Assembly (NCBI GenBank): GCA_963750165.1
Contig: CAVVPN010000003.1
Span: forward strand, 1,856,001 to 1,920,000
Source of the DNA: an uncultured Gemmataceae bacterium
GTDB taxonomy: Bacteria; Planctomycetota; Planctomycetia; Gemmatales; Gemmataceae
Direction of reading: 5' to 3'
Length of the DNA stretch: 64,000 bases
Part shown: positions 1 through 7,916 of the stretch, in pieces
Layout: each line of letters opens with the position of its first letter
Position numbering within the stretch: position 1 is the first letter of the stretch
Translations under genes and position numbers: made by a program
The notes under the pieces: model-generated
Databases searched by the model: none
What the model was told of the DNA's origin: nothing
The model's input: the letters and a program-made list of their open reading frames with translations, nothing else

Positions 1-4
1 GCAA

Positions 5-1324
5 ATGCCGCCGTCCTGGCCCAGGACGATGGTCCCGACCGCCGCGCCGGCGCCGGCACCGCAAGCCACGGCGAGCGACCTGCCCGGCGTGCCGGTCACG
101 CCGCCTTCGGCGCCGCAGCAGGGACAGCCTCTCATGAAGCTCGGCGAGGCCGGCCCCCTGCCGCCGGCGGACCTGCCCGTGGTGGCGCCGCGGCCCGGCA
201 CGCAGTTGCTGCAAGACGACGACCCGGAGGCGTGTCCGAGTTGCGCCGCGCCGCCGAAGATCCTGTCGCATGAGAAGAACCCGCCGTTCGCCGCCCCGCC
301 CGGCTATTGCCTCTACGGCATGGTTCAGGGCCTGGCGTGGTGGACGCGCGGCCAGAACACGGTGCCGCTGCTGAGCACCGGGGCGCTGCCGGGCGGGACC
401 GTGCTGGCCGATAACCTTAACTTCAACAACCAACCGCAATACGGCAGCCTGGTGACGCTGGGCACCTGGCTGGACCGGCAGCAGCGGATGGGTCTGGAGG
501 TGACCGGCTTCTGGCTGCCGAATCAGAAGTCGTCGCTGACGGTGCAGTCGCCGGGCACGACGACATTTGGCAACCCGTTCAGCGACGCGAACACGGGCCT
601 GGAGGGCTTCCAGCCGCTGGCGAGTCCGGGTCTGCTGGCGGGCACCGCGCGCATCCTGACCAACAGCGAACTGTACGGCGGCGAGGCCAACCTGCGCTTC
701 GAGCTGTGCCGCACCTGCAACATGCACCTGGACTTGCTGACCGGCTTCCGCTACCTGGACCTGCGCGAGGGCCTGGAGATCGAGGAGTCTTCGACCTTCA
801 CGCCGCAGGTGCCGATTTTGGCCGGCACCACGTTGAACAGTTCGGACCGCTTCCGTACGCACAACCAGTTCTACGGCGGCCAGCTCGGGCTGGAGTCGGA
901 GTGGCACTGGGGCCGGTTTTTCGTCGATGTGTGGGGCAAGGTAGCGCTGGGGGCCAACGACGAAAACGTGAGCATCGGCGGCACCACGGTGTTGAACGGC
1001 AACACCGGCTTGAGCCTGACGCGCAACGGCGGCTTCTACACGCAGCCGACCAACATCGGTTCGTATGAACGCACGCAGTTCGCGGTGATCCCGGCGTTCG
1101 GCTTGCAGGCGGGCTACCAGTTGACGACGCACCTGCGGGCGTCGTTCGGCTACAGTTTCCTGTACCTGAATCAGGCGGTGCGGCCCGGAGACCAGATCGA
1201 CCGCACCGTGAACCTGACGCAGCAGGGCGGCGCCCTGGTCGGGCCGGCACGGCCGGCGTTCAACTTCGTCAACAACGAATACTGGGCGCAGGGCATCAAC
1301 ATCGGCCTGGAGTTCCGCTACTAG
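5..1324 (+). CDS. BBP7-like outer-membrane beta-barrel protein (Planctomycete type); N-terminus may lie before the window
   Basis: Pro-rich N-terminus followed by amphipathic beta-strands (LLTGFRYLDLRE, HNQFYGGQLG, FGYSFLYL, RPGDQIDRTVN). Ends in the aromatic barrel signal GLEFRY. Confidence 0.8.
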   Translation: MPPSWPRTMVPTAAPAPAPQATASDLPGVPVTPPSAPQQGQPLMKLGEAGPLPPADLPVVAPRPGTQLLQDDDPEACPSCAAPPKILSHEKNPPFAAPPGYCLYGMVQGLAWWTRGQNTVPLLSTGALPGGTVLADNLNFNNQPQYGSLVTLGTWLDRQQRMGLEVTGFWLPNQKSSLTVQSPGTTTFGNPFSDANTGLEGFQPLASPGLLAGTARILTNSELYGGEANLRFELCRTCNMHLDLLTGFRYLDLREGLEIEESSTFTPQVPILAGTTLNSSDRFRTHNQFYGGQLGLESEWHWGRFFVDVWGKVALGANDENVSIGGTTVLNGNTGLSLTRNGGFYTQPTNIGSYERTQFAVIPAFGLQAGYQLTTHLRASFGYSFLYLNQAVRPGDQIDRTVNLTQQGGALVGPARPAFNFVNNEYWAQGINIGLEFRY

Positions 1325-1445
1325 AGCGGATTGCAGGTGCGTGTAGCATGTAGTAGGTCCGGCGAGCCGAGCCGGACCCGCGCTGGGTGCCGCTCGGCTC
1401 GCGGCACCTACCCCAGACCGCTACACCCAACCGCAATCCGCTCTA
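1322..1445. mobile_element. MITE-like element with TA-flanked terminal inverted repeats and an internal GTAG-REP doublet
   Basis: TA-GAGCGGATTGC...GCAATCCGCTC-TA (imperfect IR extends ~26 bp). Inside: GTAGGTCCGGCGAGCCGAGCCGGACC (1353) and inverted GGTGCCGCTCGGCTCGCGGCACCTAC (to 1411). Confidence 0.65.
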
Positions 1446-1548
1446 AGGAGGCGCCGAACAACAACTTCCAAGAGTAGGACGGCTCTCCAGAGCCGTCCCG
1501 ACGGCTCTGGAGAGCCGTCCTACGAAGTTGTTGTTCGGCGCCTCCTAA
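1444..1548. mobile_element. MITE-like element with TAA target duplication and an internal GTAG-REP doublet
   Basis: TAA-GGAGGCGCCGAACAACAACTTC...GAAGTTGTTGTTCGGCGCCTCC-TAA (perfect IR). Inside: GTAGGACGGCTCTCCAGAGCCGTC / GACGGCTCTGGAGAGCCGTCCTAC. Confidence 0.7.
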
Positions 1549-1550
1549 CG

Positions 1551-1666
<116 letters not shown>

Positions 1667-1813
1667 TTTCTGTGGTTTCTGCGAAATTTGCGGTCGCTGA
1701 TTTGACGCGCTCCGCGTTGCGGCCTAGGGTTTGGCAACGAAGGGATCGAGTGAAGGATGCCCGCGAGCGGGACGCACCCACCGCGGCGGAACAAACCAAC
1801 ATCGTGAAACCTC

Positions 1814-1916
1814 TTCGTCCTCGACAAAGGCAAACCATCCGTAAGGGTGGGACGCAAAGCCATGGGTCCGCCGGAGTGGTGGCTCCGCCGGATCGCCAGG
1901 CTGCCGAAGGGATGAA
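1814..1916 (+). ncRNA. c-di-GMP-I (GEMM-I) riboswitch upstream of the flp pilin cluster
   Basis: AAAGGCAAACCATCC-GTAA-GGGTGGGACGCAAAGCC...GGCTGCCGA matches the GEMM-I core (compare Vc2 AGGGCAAACCAUUC-GAAA-GAGUGGGACGCAAAGCC...GGUUACCGA). GNRA loop on P2. P1 closes TTCGTCCTCG with CGAAGGGATGAA. Confidence 0.9.
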
Positions 1917-2054
1917 CGGCCCGCGGGAACCCACGTTCGGCGGCATCATCTCACGCAGACGCTGCCCAACCGGGCCGGCGTCATCCAAAGAGGTAAGGAG
2001 GTTCGAGTCAAGGCGGTCCTCCCTGGGAGACCGCATCCGGAAAGGGGAGATAGT

Positions 2055-2243
2055 ATGCGCAGTCTGGTTCAGTCCGTGGTCCGCTTTCTCCAACGGGAAG
2101 ATGGTCCCACCGCAGTCGAGTACGCGGTCATGCTGGCGCTGATCGTCGTCGTGTGCATCGTCAGCATCACCGCCCTGGGCGGCAACGCCAACAAGACCTT
2201 CTCCAACGTCGCCCTGAACACGGCAGTCAGCGTCGGCTCCTGA
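2055..2243 (+). CDS. flp: Flp family type IVb/IVc pilin (divergent copy 1)
   Basis: 62 aa. EDG|PTAVEYAVMLALI Flp motif followed by a hydrophobic helix. RBS GGGGAG. Confidence 0.93.
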   Translation: MRSLVQSVVRFLQREDGPTAVEYAVMLALIVVVCIVSITALGGNANKTFSNVALNTAVSVGS

Positions 2244-2445
2244 TGGCGATGATGTGGAAGTCGAAGGTCAAACTCAGGAACAGTAGGATGCGTCGGTTCG
2301 TGAGGAGCAGTAAGCCCGCCCCGGTAGTGTGACCTGCCGGCGGCCAGGTTCGGAACAGAGTCACAAACTTAAACAGCTGGTCCGCCGGGGACTCAGCCAG
2401 CTGTCGGGAACAGAGAAGTCCTTACCAAGCAGAGGATCGTAAGTT

Positions 2446-2634
2446 ATGAAGCACCTGGCTCAGAGCGTCGTGAACTTCCTGAAGCGTGAAGACGGCCCGA
2501 CGGCTGTCGAGTACGCGGTCATGTTGGCCCTGATTATCGTGGTGTGCATCGTCGCCATCACCGCGCTGGGCAGCAACGCCAACAAGACCTTCTCCAGCGT
2601 CAGCAACACCATCGGCTCCACCACCGGCAGCTGA
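2446..2634 (+). CDS. flp: Flp family pilin (copy 2)
   Basis: MKHLAQSVVNFLKREDGPTAVEYAVMLALIIVVC. RBS AGAGGA. Confidence 0.95.
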   Translation: MKHLAQSVVNFLKREDGPTAVEYAVMLALIIVVCIVAITALGSNANKTFSSVSNTIGSTTGS

Positions 2635-2653
2635 ACGCAACCGAACTACCATC

Positions 2654-2683
2654 GGGCCCGGTTTTTGTTAGTAAACCGGGCCC
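2654..2683 (+). terminator. Stem-loop after flp copy 2 (terminator or mRNA-stabilising hairpin)
   Basis: GGGCCCGGTTT-loop-AAACCGGGCCC, 11-bp perfect stem with a weak U tail. Confidence 0.45.
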
Positions 2684-2777
2684 TTACCATAAACCAAGAC
2701 TTTTCCGAGGCGCCGGGGCACCCCACTCTGTCATACGTTTAACCCCGGCAATCACCTGATTAACCCCTCAACGAGGA

Positions 2778-2972
2778 ATGAACATGAAGCACCTGGCTCA
2801 GAGCGTCGTGAACTTCCTGAAGCGTGAAGACGGCCCGACGGCTGTCGAATACGCGGTCATGTTGGCCCTGATTATCGTGGTGTGCATCGTCGCCATCACC
2901 GCGCTGGGCAGCAACGCCAACAAGACCTTCTCCAGCGTCAGCAACACCATCGGCTCCACCACCGGCAGCTAA
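2778..2972 (+). CDS. flp: Flp family pilin (copy 3; start may be 2784)
   Basis: Same protein as copy 2. RBS GAGGA. Confidence 0.95.
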   Translation: MNMKHLAQSVVNFLKREDGPTAVEYAVMLALIIVVCIVAITALGSNANKTFSSVSNTIGSTTGS

Positions 2973-3094
2973 CGCCGAACCACATCAATCTCGATCATCG
3001 TCTTTGTTACTGGAGTTCACCGGGAAGCTCTCCTGGGACACGGGCTCGATCCCGGATGAACGAGTGGTCTGTTAACCAGAAAGGATCGTGAATT

Positions 3095-3283
3095 ATGAAG
3101 CACCTGACTCAGAGCGTCGTGAACTTCCTGAAGCGTGAAGACGGCCCGACGGCCGTCGAGTACGCGGTCATGTTGGCCCTGATTATCGTGGTGTGCATCG
3201 TCGCCATCACCGCGCTGGGCAGCAACGCCAACAAGACCTTCTCCAGCGTCAGCAACACCATCGGCTCCACCACCGGCAGCTAA
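3095..3283 (+). CDS. flp: Flp family pilin (copy 4)
   Basis: MKHLTQ... leader with identical mature region. RBS AAAGGA. Confidence 0.95.
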   Translation: MKHLTQSVVNFLKREDGPTAVEYAVMLALIIVVCIVAITALGSNANKTFSSVSNTIGSTTGS

Positions 3284-3309
3284 CACGGGATCGCTTTGGC
3301 GTTCCTGTC

Positions 3310-3357
3310 TGAACCCGCAGCGCCAGCGAGTGGACCCTCGCTGGCGCTGCGGGTTCA
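3310..3357. repeat. REP-like palindrome
   Basis: TGAACCCGCAGCGCCAGCGAG-TGGACC-CTCGCTGGCGCTGCGGGTTCA. Confidence 0.7.
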
Positions 3358-3366
3358 CGATAAAGC

Positions 3367-3399
3367 AAGGCCCAGCTCGGATGAGCTGGGCCTTTTTTT
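3367..3399 (+). terminator. Rho-independent terminator after flp copy 4
   Basis: AAGGCCCAGCTC-GGAT-GAGCTGGGCCTTTTTTT. Confidence 0.85.
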
Positions 3400-3514
3400 A
3401 TTGCTCCCCGCACGCGATTCATGACCTATAGTTCAACAGGCGAACCTGGAGGGCTCACACGGGACACGGGCTCCACTCCTGAGTTCGAGATTTCCTTACA
3501 GAAAGGATCGTCAG

Positions 3515-3703
3515 ATGAAGAAGTTGGCTCAGAGCGTCGTGAACTTCCTGAAGCGTGAAGACGGCCCGACGGCCGTCGAGTACGCGGTCATGTTGGCCCT
3601 GATTATCGTGGTGTGCATCGTCGCCATCACCGCGCTGGGCAGCAACGCCAACAAGACCTTCTCCAGCGTCAGCAACACCATCGGCTCCACCACCGGCAGC
3701 TAA
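3515..3703 (+). CDS. flp: Flp family pilin (copy 5)
   Basis: MKKLAQ... leader with identical mature region. RBS AAAGGA. Confidence 0.95.
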   Translation: MKKLAQSVVNFLKREDGPTAVEYAVMLALIIVVCIVAITALGSNANKTFSSVSNTIGSTTGS

Positions 3704-3774
3704 CTCTGGTCGGTAGAACGGCGTCCGCCCCATCCCCTGATTCATCCATCCGCGCCCGATGAGGAACGACTCGC

Positions 3775-4371
3775 ATGGCTCATCTATTCACCTGGGAAAA
3801 CTGGCCGGTCCTGGTGGTTTGCGCGGGCATGATCGCCGCGGCAGTCATCGACTGGTGGAAATTCAAGGTGCCGAACAAGTTGACCTTCCCCCTGATCCTC
3901 AGTGGTTGGCTGCTCGGGCTGCTGAACATGTTCCAGCTGGTGCCGCACGGCGGTCACGGCTGGATCGGCGACGCCCTGGCCGGAACGTTCCTGGCCTGCG
4001 CCCTGCTGATCCCGGTGTACGCCATCGGCGGCATGGGCGCAGGCGATGTCAAGATGACCATGGGCTTCGGCTCCTGGGTCGGCGCGTTCTACACCTTTGC
4101 CGTGGGCTGGCAGATCATCGTGGTGGCGTTCTGCGTCGGCACGATCGTCGGCGGTGTCATCGCCCTGGGCATGATCGCGGTTCGCGGCAACTACCGCGGC
4201 AACATGCAGCACGTCCGCGAGATCATCGGCGATGCCTTCACATCGTCGAGTGTCGCGGACATGCACGACAAGGCCAACAAGCGTCGGCCGCGCTGGCACC
4301 GCCTGCCGTACGGCGTGCCGCTGTGCATCGGCTTCGTCGGCTATTTGCTGTACCTGTACGCCGCGCTGTGA
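3775..4371 (+). CDS. cpaA: Prepilin peptidase CpaA/TadV (A24 family)
   Basis: Membrane protein with AAVIDW...VPNKLT, GMGAGDVK catalytic motif and LPYGVPLCIG tail. Adjacent to flp genes. Confidence 0.9.
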   Translation: MAHLFTWENWPVLVVCAGMIAAAVIDWWKFKVPNKLTFPLILSGWLLGLLNMFQLVPHGGHGWIGDALAGTFLACALLIPVYAIGGMGAGDVKMTMGFGSWVGAFYTFAVGWQIIVVAFCVGTIVGGVIALGMIAVRGNYRGNMQHVREIIGDAFTSSSVADMHDKANKRRPRWHRLPYGVPLCIGFVGYLLYLYAAL

Positions 4372-4382
4372 TCGAGACCGGA

Positions 4383-4474
4383 AATTGCAGATTGTAGATT
4401 GCAGATTGTCAATTGAAAAACCATCCAAACCGCCTGTCTTTCAGTTGGCCATCTGCAATCTACAATCTGCAATC
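4383..4474. repeat. Heptamer-repeat (GCAGATT/AATCTGC) inverted element
   Basis: AATTGCAGATTGTAGATTGCAGATTGTC...CATCTGCAATCTACAATCTGCAATC. Confidence 0.75.
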
Positions 4475-4670
4475 CCCTGGCCTTCCCAGCTTGTCCGGTG
4501 ACCCATAAAGGGCGCAGAACTGTTACTTTCGCTGCAATCGTAAAAGTTGAAGTTGGCTGCTTCAGTGGTCGAAAATAACAGCGTAATCTGAACCATCACG
4601 CTGAGCACGCTGAAGACGGTCAACCACGGGCAGCACATCCGGGGTAATCCCTTCTTCAGTGAGGTCAGCG

Positions 4671-5783
4671 ATGAAACCCAAGACCATGATTTTGATGGTG
4701 GTCGCCATCGTTTGCGGCCTGGGAGCCAGCTACATGACAAGCCGACTCCTGGCGGAACGCGAAGAACAACAACCGGCGGCGCAAGTGGTCGCCGAACCCG
4801 TCAAGGCGAAGTTCCTTGTGGCCAAGACGAACCTGGACATTGGTTCGGCGATCAAGAACCCGCAGGACATGTTTGTCGAGAAGGCGCTGCTGGCGGAGGA
4901 CGCCCCCAAGGACGCCCTGACCGAGTTCAAGCTCCTCAAGGGCAAGTACCTCCGGCGGACCCTGCGCAAGGGCGACCACATCACCAACGACGATTTGATG
5001 GACGAACGGGCCAGCATTCTCGCCCGCCTGCCGGACGGCTACCAGGCTTACGGCATTCAGGTGGACCCGGCGGCGATCGCGGCCGGCTGGGCCGCCGTGC
5101 CCGGCTCGAAGGTGAACATCCTGTGGACGCGGCGCGGCAGCGACGACAAGACGTCGTACACCACGGTCCTGCTGGAGGACGTGCTCGTCCTGGCGGGCGA
5201 CGGCATCTCGCGGATGCAGGACGACGGCAAGGCCCTGCCATCCAGTGTCGTAACCGTGGCCCTGAAGACGATTGACACGATGAAGATCAAACTGGCCCAG
5301 CAGTACGGCCCTCTGACGCTGACGCTGCGGAAGTTCAGCGACAACACGCCGCTGCCGGAAGCCGAGAAGTTCAGCCTTGGGGATTTGAACAAGATCGCTA
5401 CGGATCGCAAGGAAGGCAAGGGCATGAGCGGCCTCGAGGTCGATCCGAACTTTGAGATCGATCGGGAGACGGGCGAACTGATCCCCAAGCTTCCCGCCGC
5501 CAAGCAGGATGAAAAGGTCGAGCCGCTGCCGGAGGTGCAGGAGTTGAAGCAGCCGAAGCGGTATTTCCACACGATCATCTTCCGCCAGGGCGACAAGTCG
5601 TGGAAGCAACGCATCGAGGTGGACGCCAACGGCAACCCGATCCAGGAAGACGTGCAGCAGGCGTCCCTCGGCGAGGCGCCGTACGCGCAACAGCCCGACC
5701 CCACCGTGGGGACGCCGCCGAACAACCCGGCCCAGGGGCCGCCGGCCAACAAGGAGTTGAAGAAGGGCTCCACCAAGGATTGA
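4671..5783 (+). CDS. cpaB: Flp pilus assembly protein CpaB/RcpC
   Basis: N-terminal TM segment (MKPKTMILMVVAIVCGLGASY), SAF-like region (LVAKTNLDIGSAI) and RcpC domain (LPDGYQAYGIQVD...VLLEDVLVLA). RBS GAGG. Confidence 0.88.
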   Translation: MKPKTMILMVVAIVCGLGASYMTSRLLAEREEQQPAAQVVAEPVKAKFLVAKTNLDIGSAIKNPQDMFVEKALLAEDAPKDALTEFKLLKGKYLRRTLRKGDHITNDDLMDERASILARLPDGYQAYGIQVDPAAIAAGWAAVPGSKVNILWTRRGSDDKTSYTTVLLEDVLVLAGDGISRMQDDGKALPSSVVTVALKTIDTMKIKLAQQYGPLTLTLRKFSDNTPLPEAEKFSLGDLNKIATDRKEGKGMSGLEVDPNFEIDRETGELIPKLPAAKQDEKVEPLPEVQELKQPKRYFHTIIFRQGDKSWKQRIEVDANGNPIQEDVQQASLGEAPYAQQPDPTVGTPPNNPAQGPPANKELKKGSTKD

Positions 5784-5998
5784 ACGGAAGGGGCTTCCCC
5801 CCTCACCTCCGCAGTGGGGGTGAGGGGATGAGCCGAAACCATCGCCAGAACCTTGCCCAGCAGCGCAGGCGCGGACCCGCGCTCCGTTTGTTCACGGTTG
5901 TGTAGGGTGGGGGACGGAACCCCACACCTGGACTGACCAATGCTTGTGGTGGGTGTCCACACCCGCCCTGCACATCACTGCACTAGAGAGGTGAAAGG

Positions 5999-7786
5999 AT
6001 GCACCGCACATCGATCCGGCGTCGGCCCATCGGGGTCGCGCTGTTCGGCCTGGCGCTGTGGCTCGGCTTCGCCGGCGCCGCCGGGGCTCAGGAAGTTGTC
6101 CCCGGCCCTCAATCCCCAAGACAGATTGTGGTGCCGCGCGGCGGCACCATCAGCATCCAGATGGGTTCGCGCAAGCCCATCAGCGCCGTCGATCTCGACG
6201 TGCCGGGCATCGTCCGCGCCGTCGTCGCGCCAGCGGACATCAAGACCGTCCTGATTACCGGCGAAACCCCCGGCCTGGCTCGCCTCACCCTGACCGACAA
6301 GGACGGCGGCAAGGAGGCGTATGAACTCATCGTCCAGACCGACGTGGAATACCTCAAGTTCGTGCTGCGGCGCGCGGTGCCGACGGCCAACATCGATCCG
6401 GTGCCCAGCGCCAACAACGCCTTCGTGCTCACCGGCACCGTGCAGCGCGCCGAGGACGTGGCCATCGTCCTGGCCACGGCCCAGAGCATCATCGGCAACA
6501 ACATCATCAACGCGCTGCGCGTCGGCGGTGTGATGCAGGTGCAGCTCGACGTGGTCGTCGCCCTGGTGGATCGCAGCCGCGCCCGCAACATGGGTTTCAG
6601 CTGGATCGAGAATGGCGTCCATCAGTTCCTCAGCAGCACGATCGGCGGCGGCGGCACGCTGACGAACATGCTCGGCACCAGCGCCGCCAACACGACCGCG
6701 AACCTGACCGGCACGCCCAACATCATCTTCGGCCTGATTTCCCCCAGCCACAGCTTCAGCGGCTACCTGAACGCGCTGATTACCGTGGGCGTCGCCAAGA
6801 CGTTGGCCGAGCCCAAGGTGGTCACGCTCAGCGGCAAGCCCGCCCAGTTCGTCTCCGGCGGCGAGCAGGCGGTGCCGACGTTGGCCTCCGGCTCGGCCGG
6901 CGGCGGTGCGGTTTCCGGCATCGACTTCCGGCCGTTCGGCACCACGGTGCGCGTCCTGCCCATCGTCCTGGGCGACGGCAAGATTTACCTGGATGTCGAG
7001 CCGCAGGTCACGTTTCCGTCCGGCAACGCGGCCATCGCGGCGCCGGTCGCCGGCACCACCGGCACGGTCGCCGGCCGCACCACCCAGCGTTTGCAGACCT
7101 CGATCATCATCGAGGACGGCCAGACCTTTGCCATCGGCGGCCTGATCCAGAAAACGTCCAACGTCCAGGTGACCAAGGTGCCGATCCTGGGCGATCTGCC
7201 CTACATCGGCGCCGGCTTCCGCGTCGTCAGCGACACCGAGGACGAACAGGAACTGCTCATCCTGGTGACGCCGCACCTCGTCGATCCGTTGGCCTGCAGC
7301 CAGCTGCCAAAATTACTTCCCACCCAGGAAACGCGCCGCCCCGATGATTTTGAGCTATTCTTGGAAGGGATCCTGGAGGCCCCACGCGGGCCGCGGGAAG
7401 TGTGGCAGAACTTCCACTATGTGCCGGCCTTCCGCAACGCCGCCAGCCTGTACCCGTGTGCCGGTGGCGCCTGTGGCCTCGGCGGCTGTGGACTCGGCAG
7501 CCAGGGCTGTGGCGGTTGCGGCTACGGCCAGTGCGGCGCCGGCGGCTGTGCCAACGGCCAGTGCGGCGTGGGTGCCGGACAGCTCGGACAACCGGGCGGC
7601 GCCTACACCCCGACGCTGCCGCCAATGCCGCAGGTGTCGCCGGCGACCTTCCAGGAGAGGACTGACAGTCGCGGCATCCCGCTGTCGCAAGGCAGCAGCC
7701 CGATGTCTCCCGTCCCTCCGGTGCCCGCGGCCCCGGTCCCTGTGACGACCACGTTCCCCAATCGTGCCTCTGGGGAATCGCGCTGA
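5999..7786 (+). CDS. cpaC: Tad secretin CpaC/RcpA
   Basis: Signal peptide, N-terminal pilus-formation domain and secretin motifs (QVQLDVVVALVDR, LAEPKVVTLSGKPAQFVSGGE, KVPILGDLPYIGAGFR, ELLILVTPHLV). Confidence 0.92.
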   Translation: MHRTSIRRRPIGVALFGLALWLGFAGAAGAQEVVPGPQSPRQIVVPRGGTISIQMGSRKPISAVDLDVPGIVRAVVAPADIKTVLITGETPGLARLTLTDKDGGKEAYELIVQTDVEYLKFVLRRAVPTANIDPVPSANNAFVLTGTVQRAEDVAIVLATAQSIIGNNIINALRVGGVMQVQLDVVVALVDRSRARNMGFSWIENGVHQFLSSTIGGGGTLTNMLGTSAANTTANLTGTPNIIFGLISPSHSFSGYLNALITVGVAKTLAEPKVVTLSGKPAQFVSGGEQAVPTLASGSAGGGAVSGIDFRPFGTTVRVLPIVLGDGKIYLDVEPQVTFPSGNAAIAAPVAGTTGTVAGRTTQRLQTSIIIEDGQTFAIGGLIQKTSNVQVTKVPILGDLPYIGAGFRVVSDTEDEQELLILVTPHLVDPLACSQLPKLLPTQETRRPDDFELFLEGILEAPRGPREVWQNFHYVPAFRNAASLYPCAGGACGLGGCGLGSQGCGGCGYGQCGAGGCANGQCGVGAGQLGQPGGAYTPTLPPMPQVSPATFQERTDSRGIPLSQGSSPMSPVPPVPAAPVPVTTTFPNRASGESR

Positions 7787-7916
7787 CTCGCCCCGGCCAG
7801 CCCCCTCCCGCCACGTCGGAGGGGGCTGGCCGGGCGCTGATGAGTAACCCCGGCGGCCGGTTGGGATGCAGACGGCCGTCATCCGTGATGTCTCTTAACC
7901 AGTATCGGTGGTGCTC

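Noticed and set aside
1826..1836. cGAMP-sensing (GEMM-Ib) assignment for the riboswitch
   Set aside because: The discriminating position reads G, as in c-di-GMP-selective Vc2, not A. Only a ligand assay can fully exclude it.
2446..3703. Repeat-spacer pattern resembling a CRISPR or integron cassette array
   Set aside because: The repeats are ~190-bp pilin CDSs with their own RBSs. No cas genes, integrase or attC-like structure.
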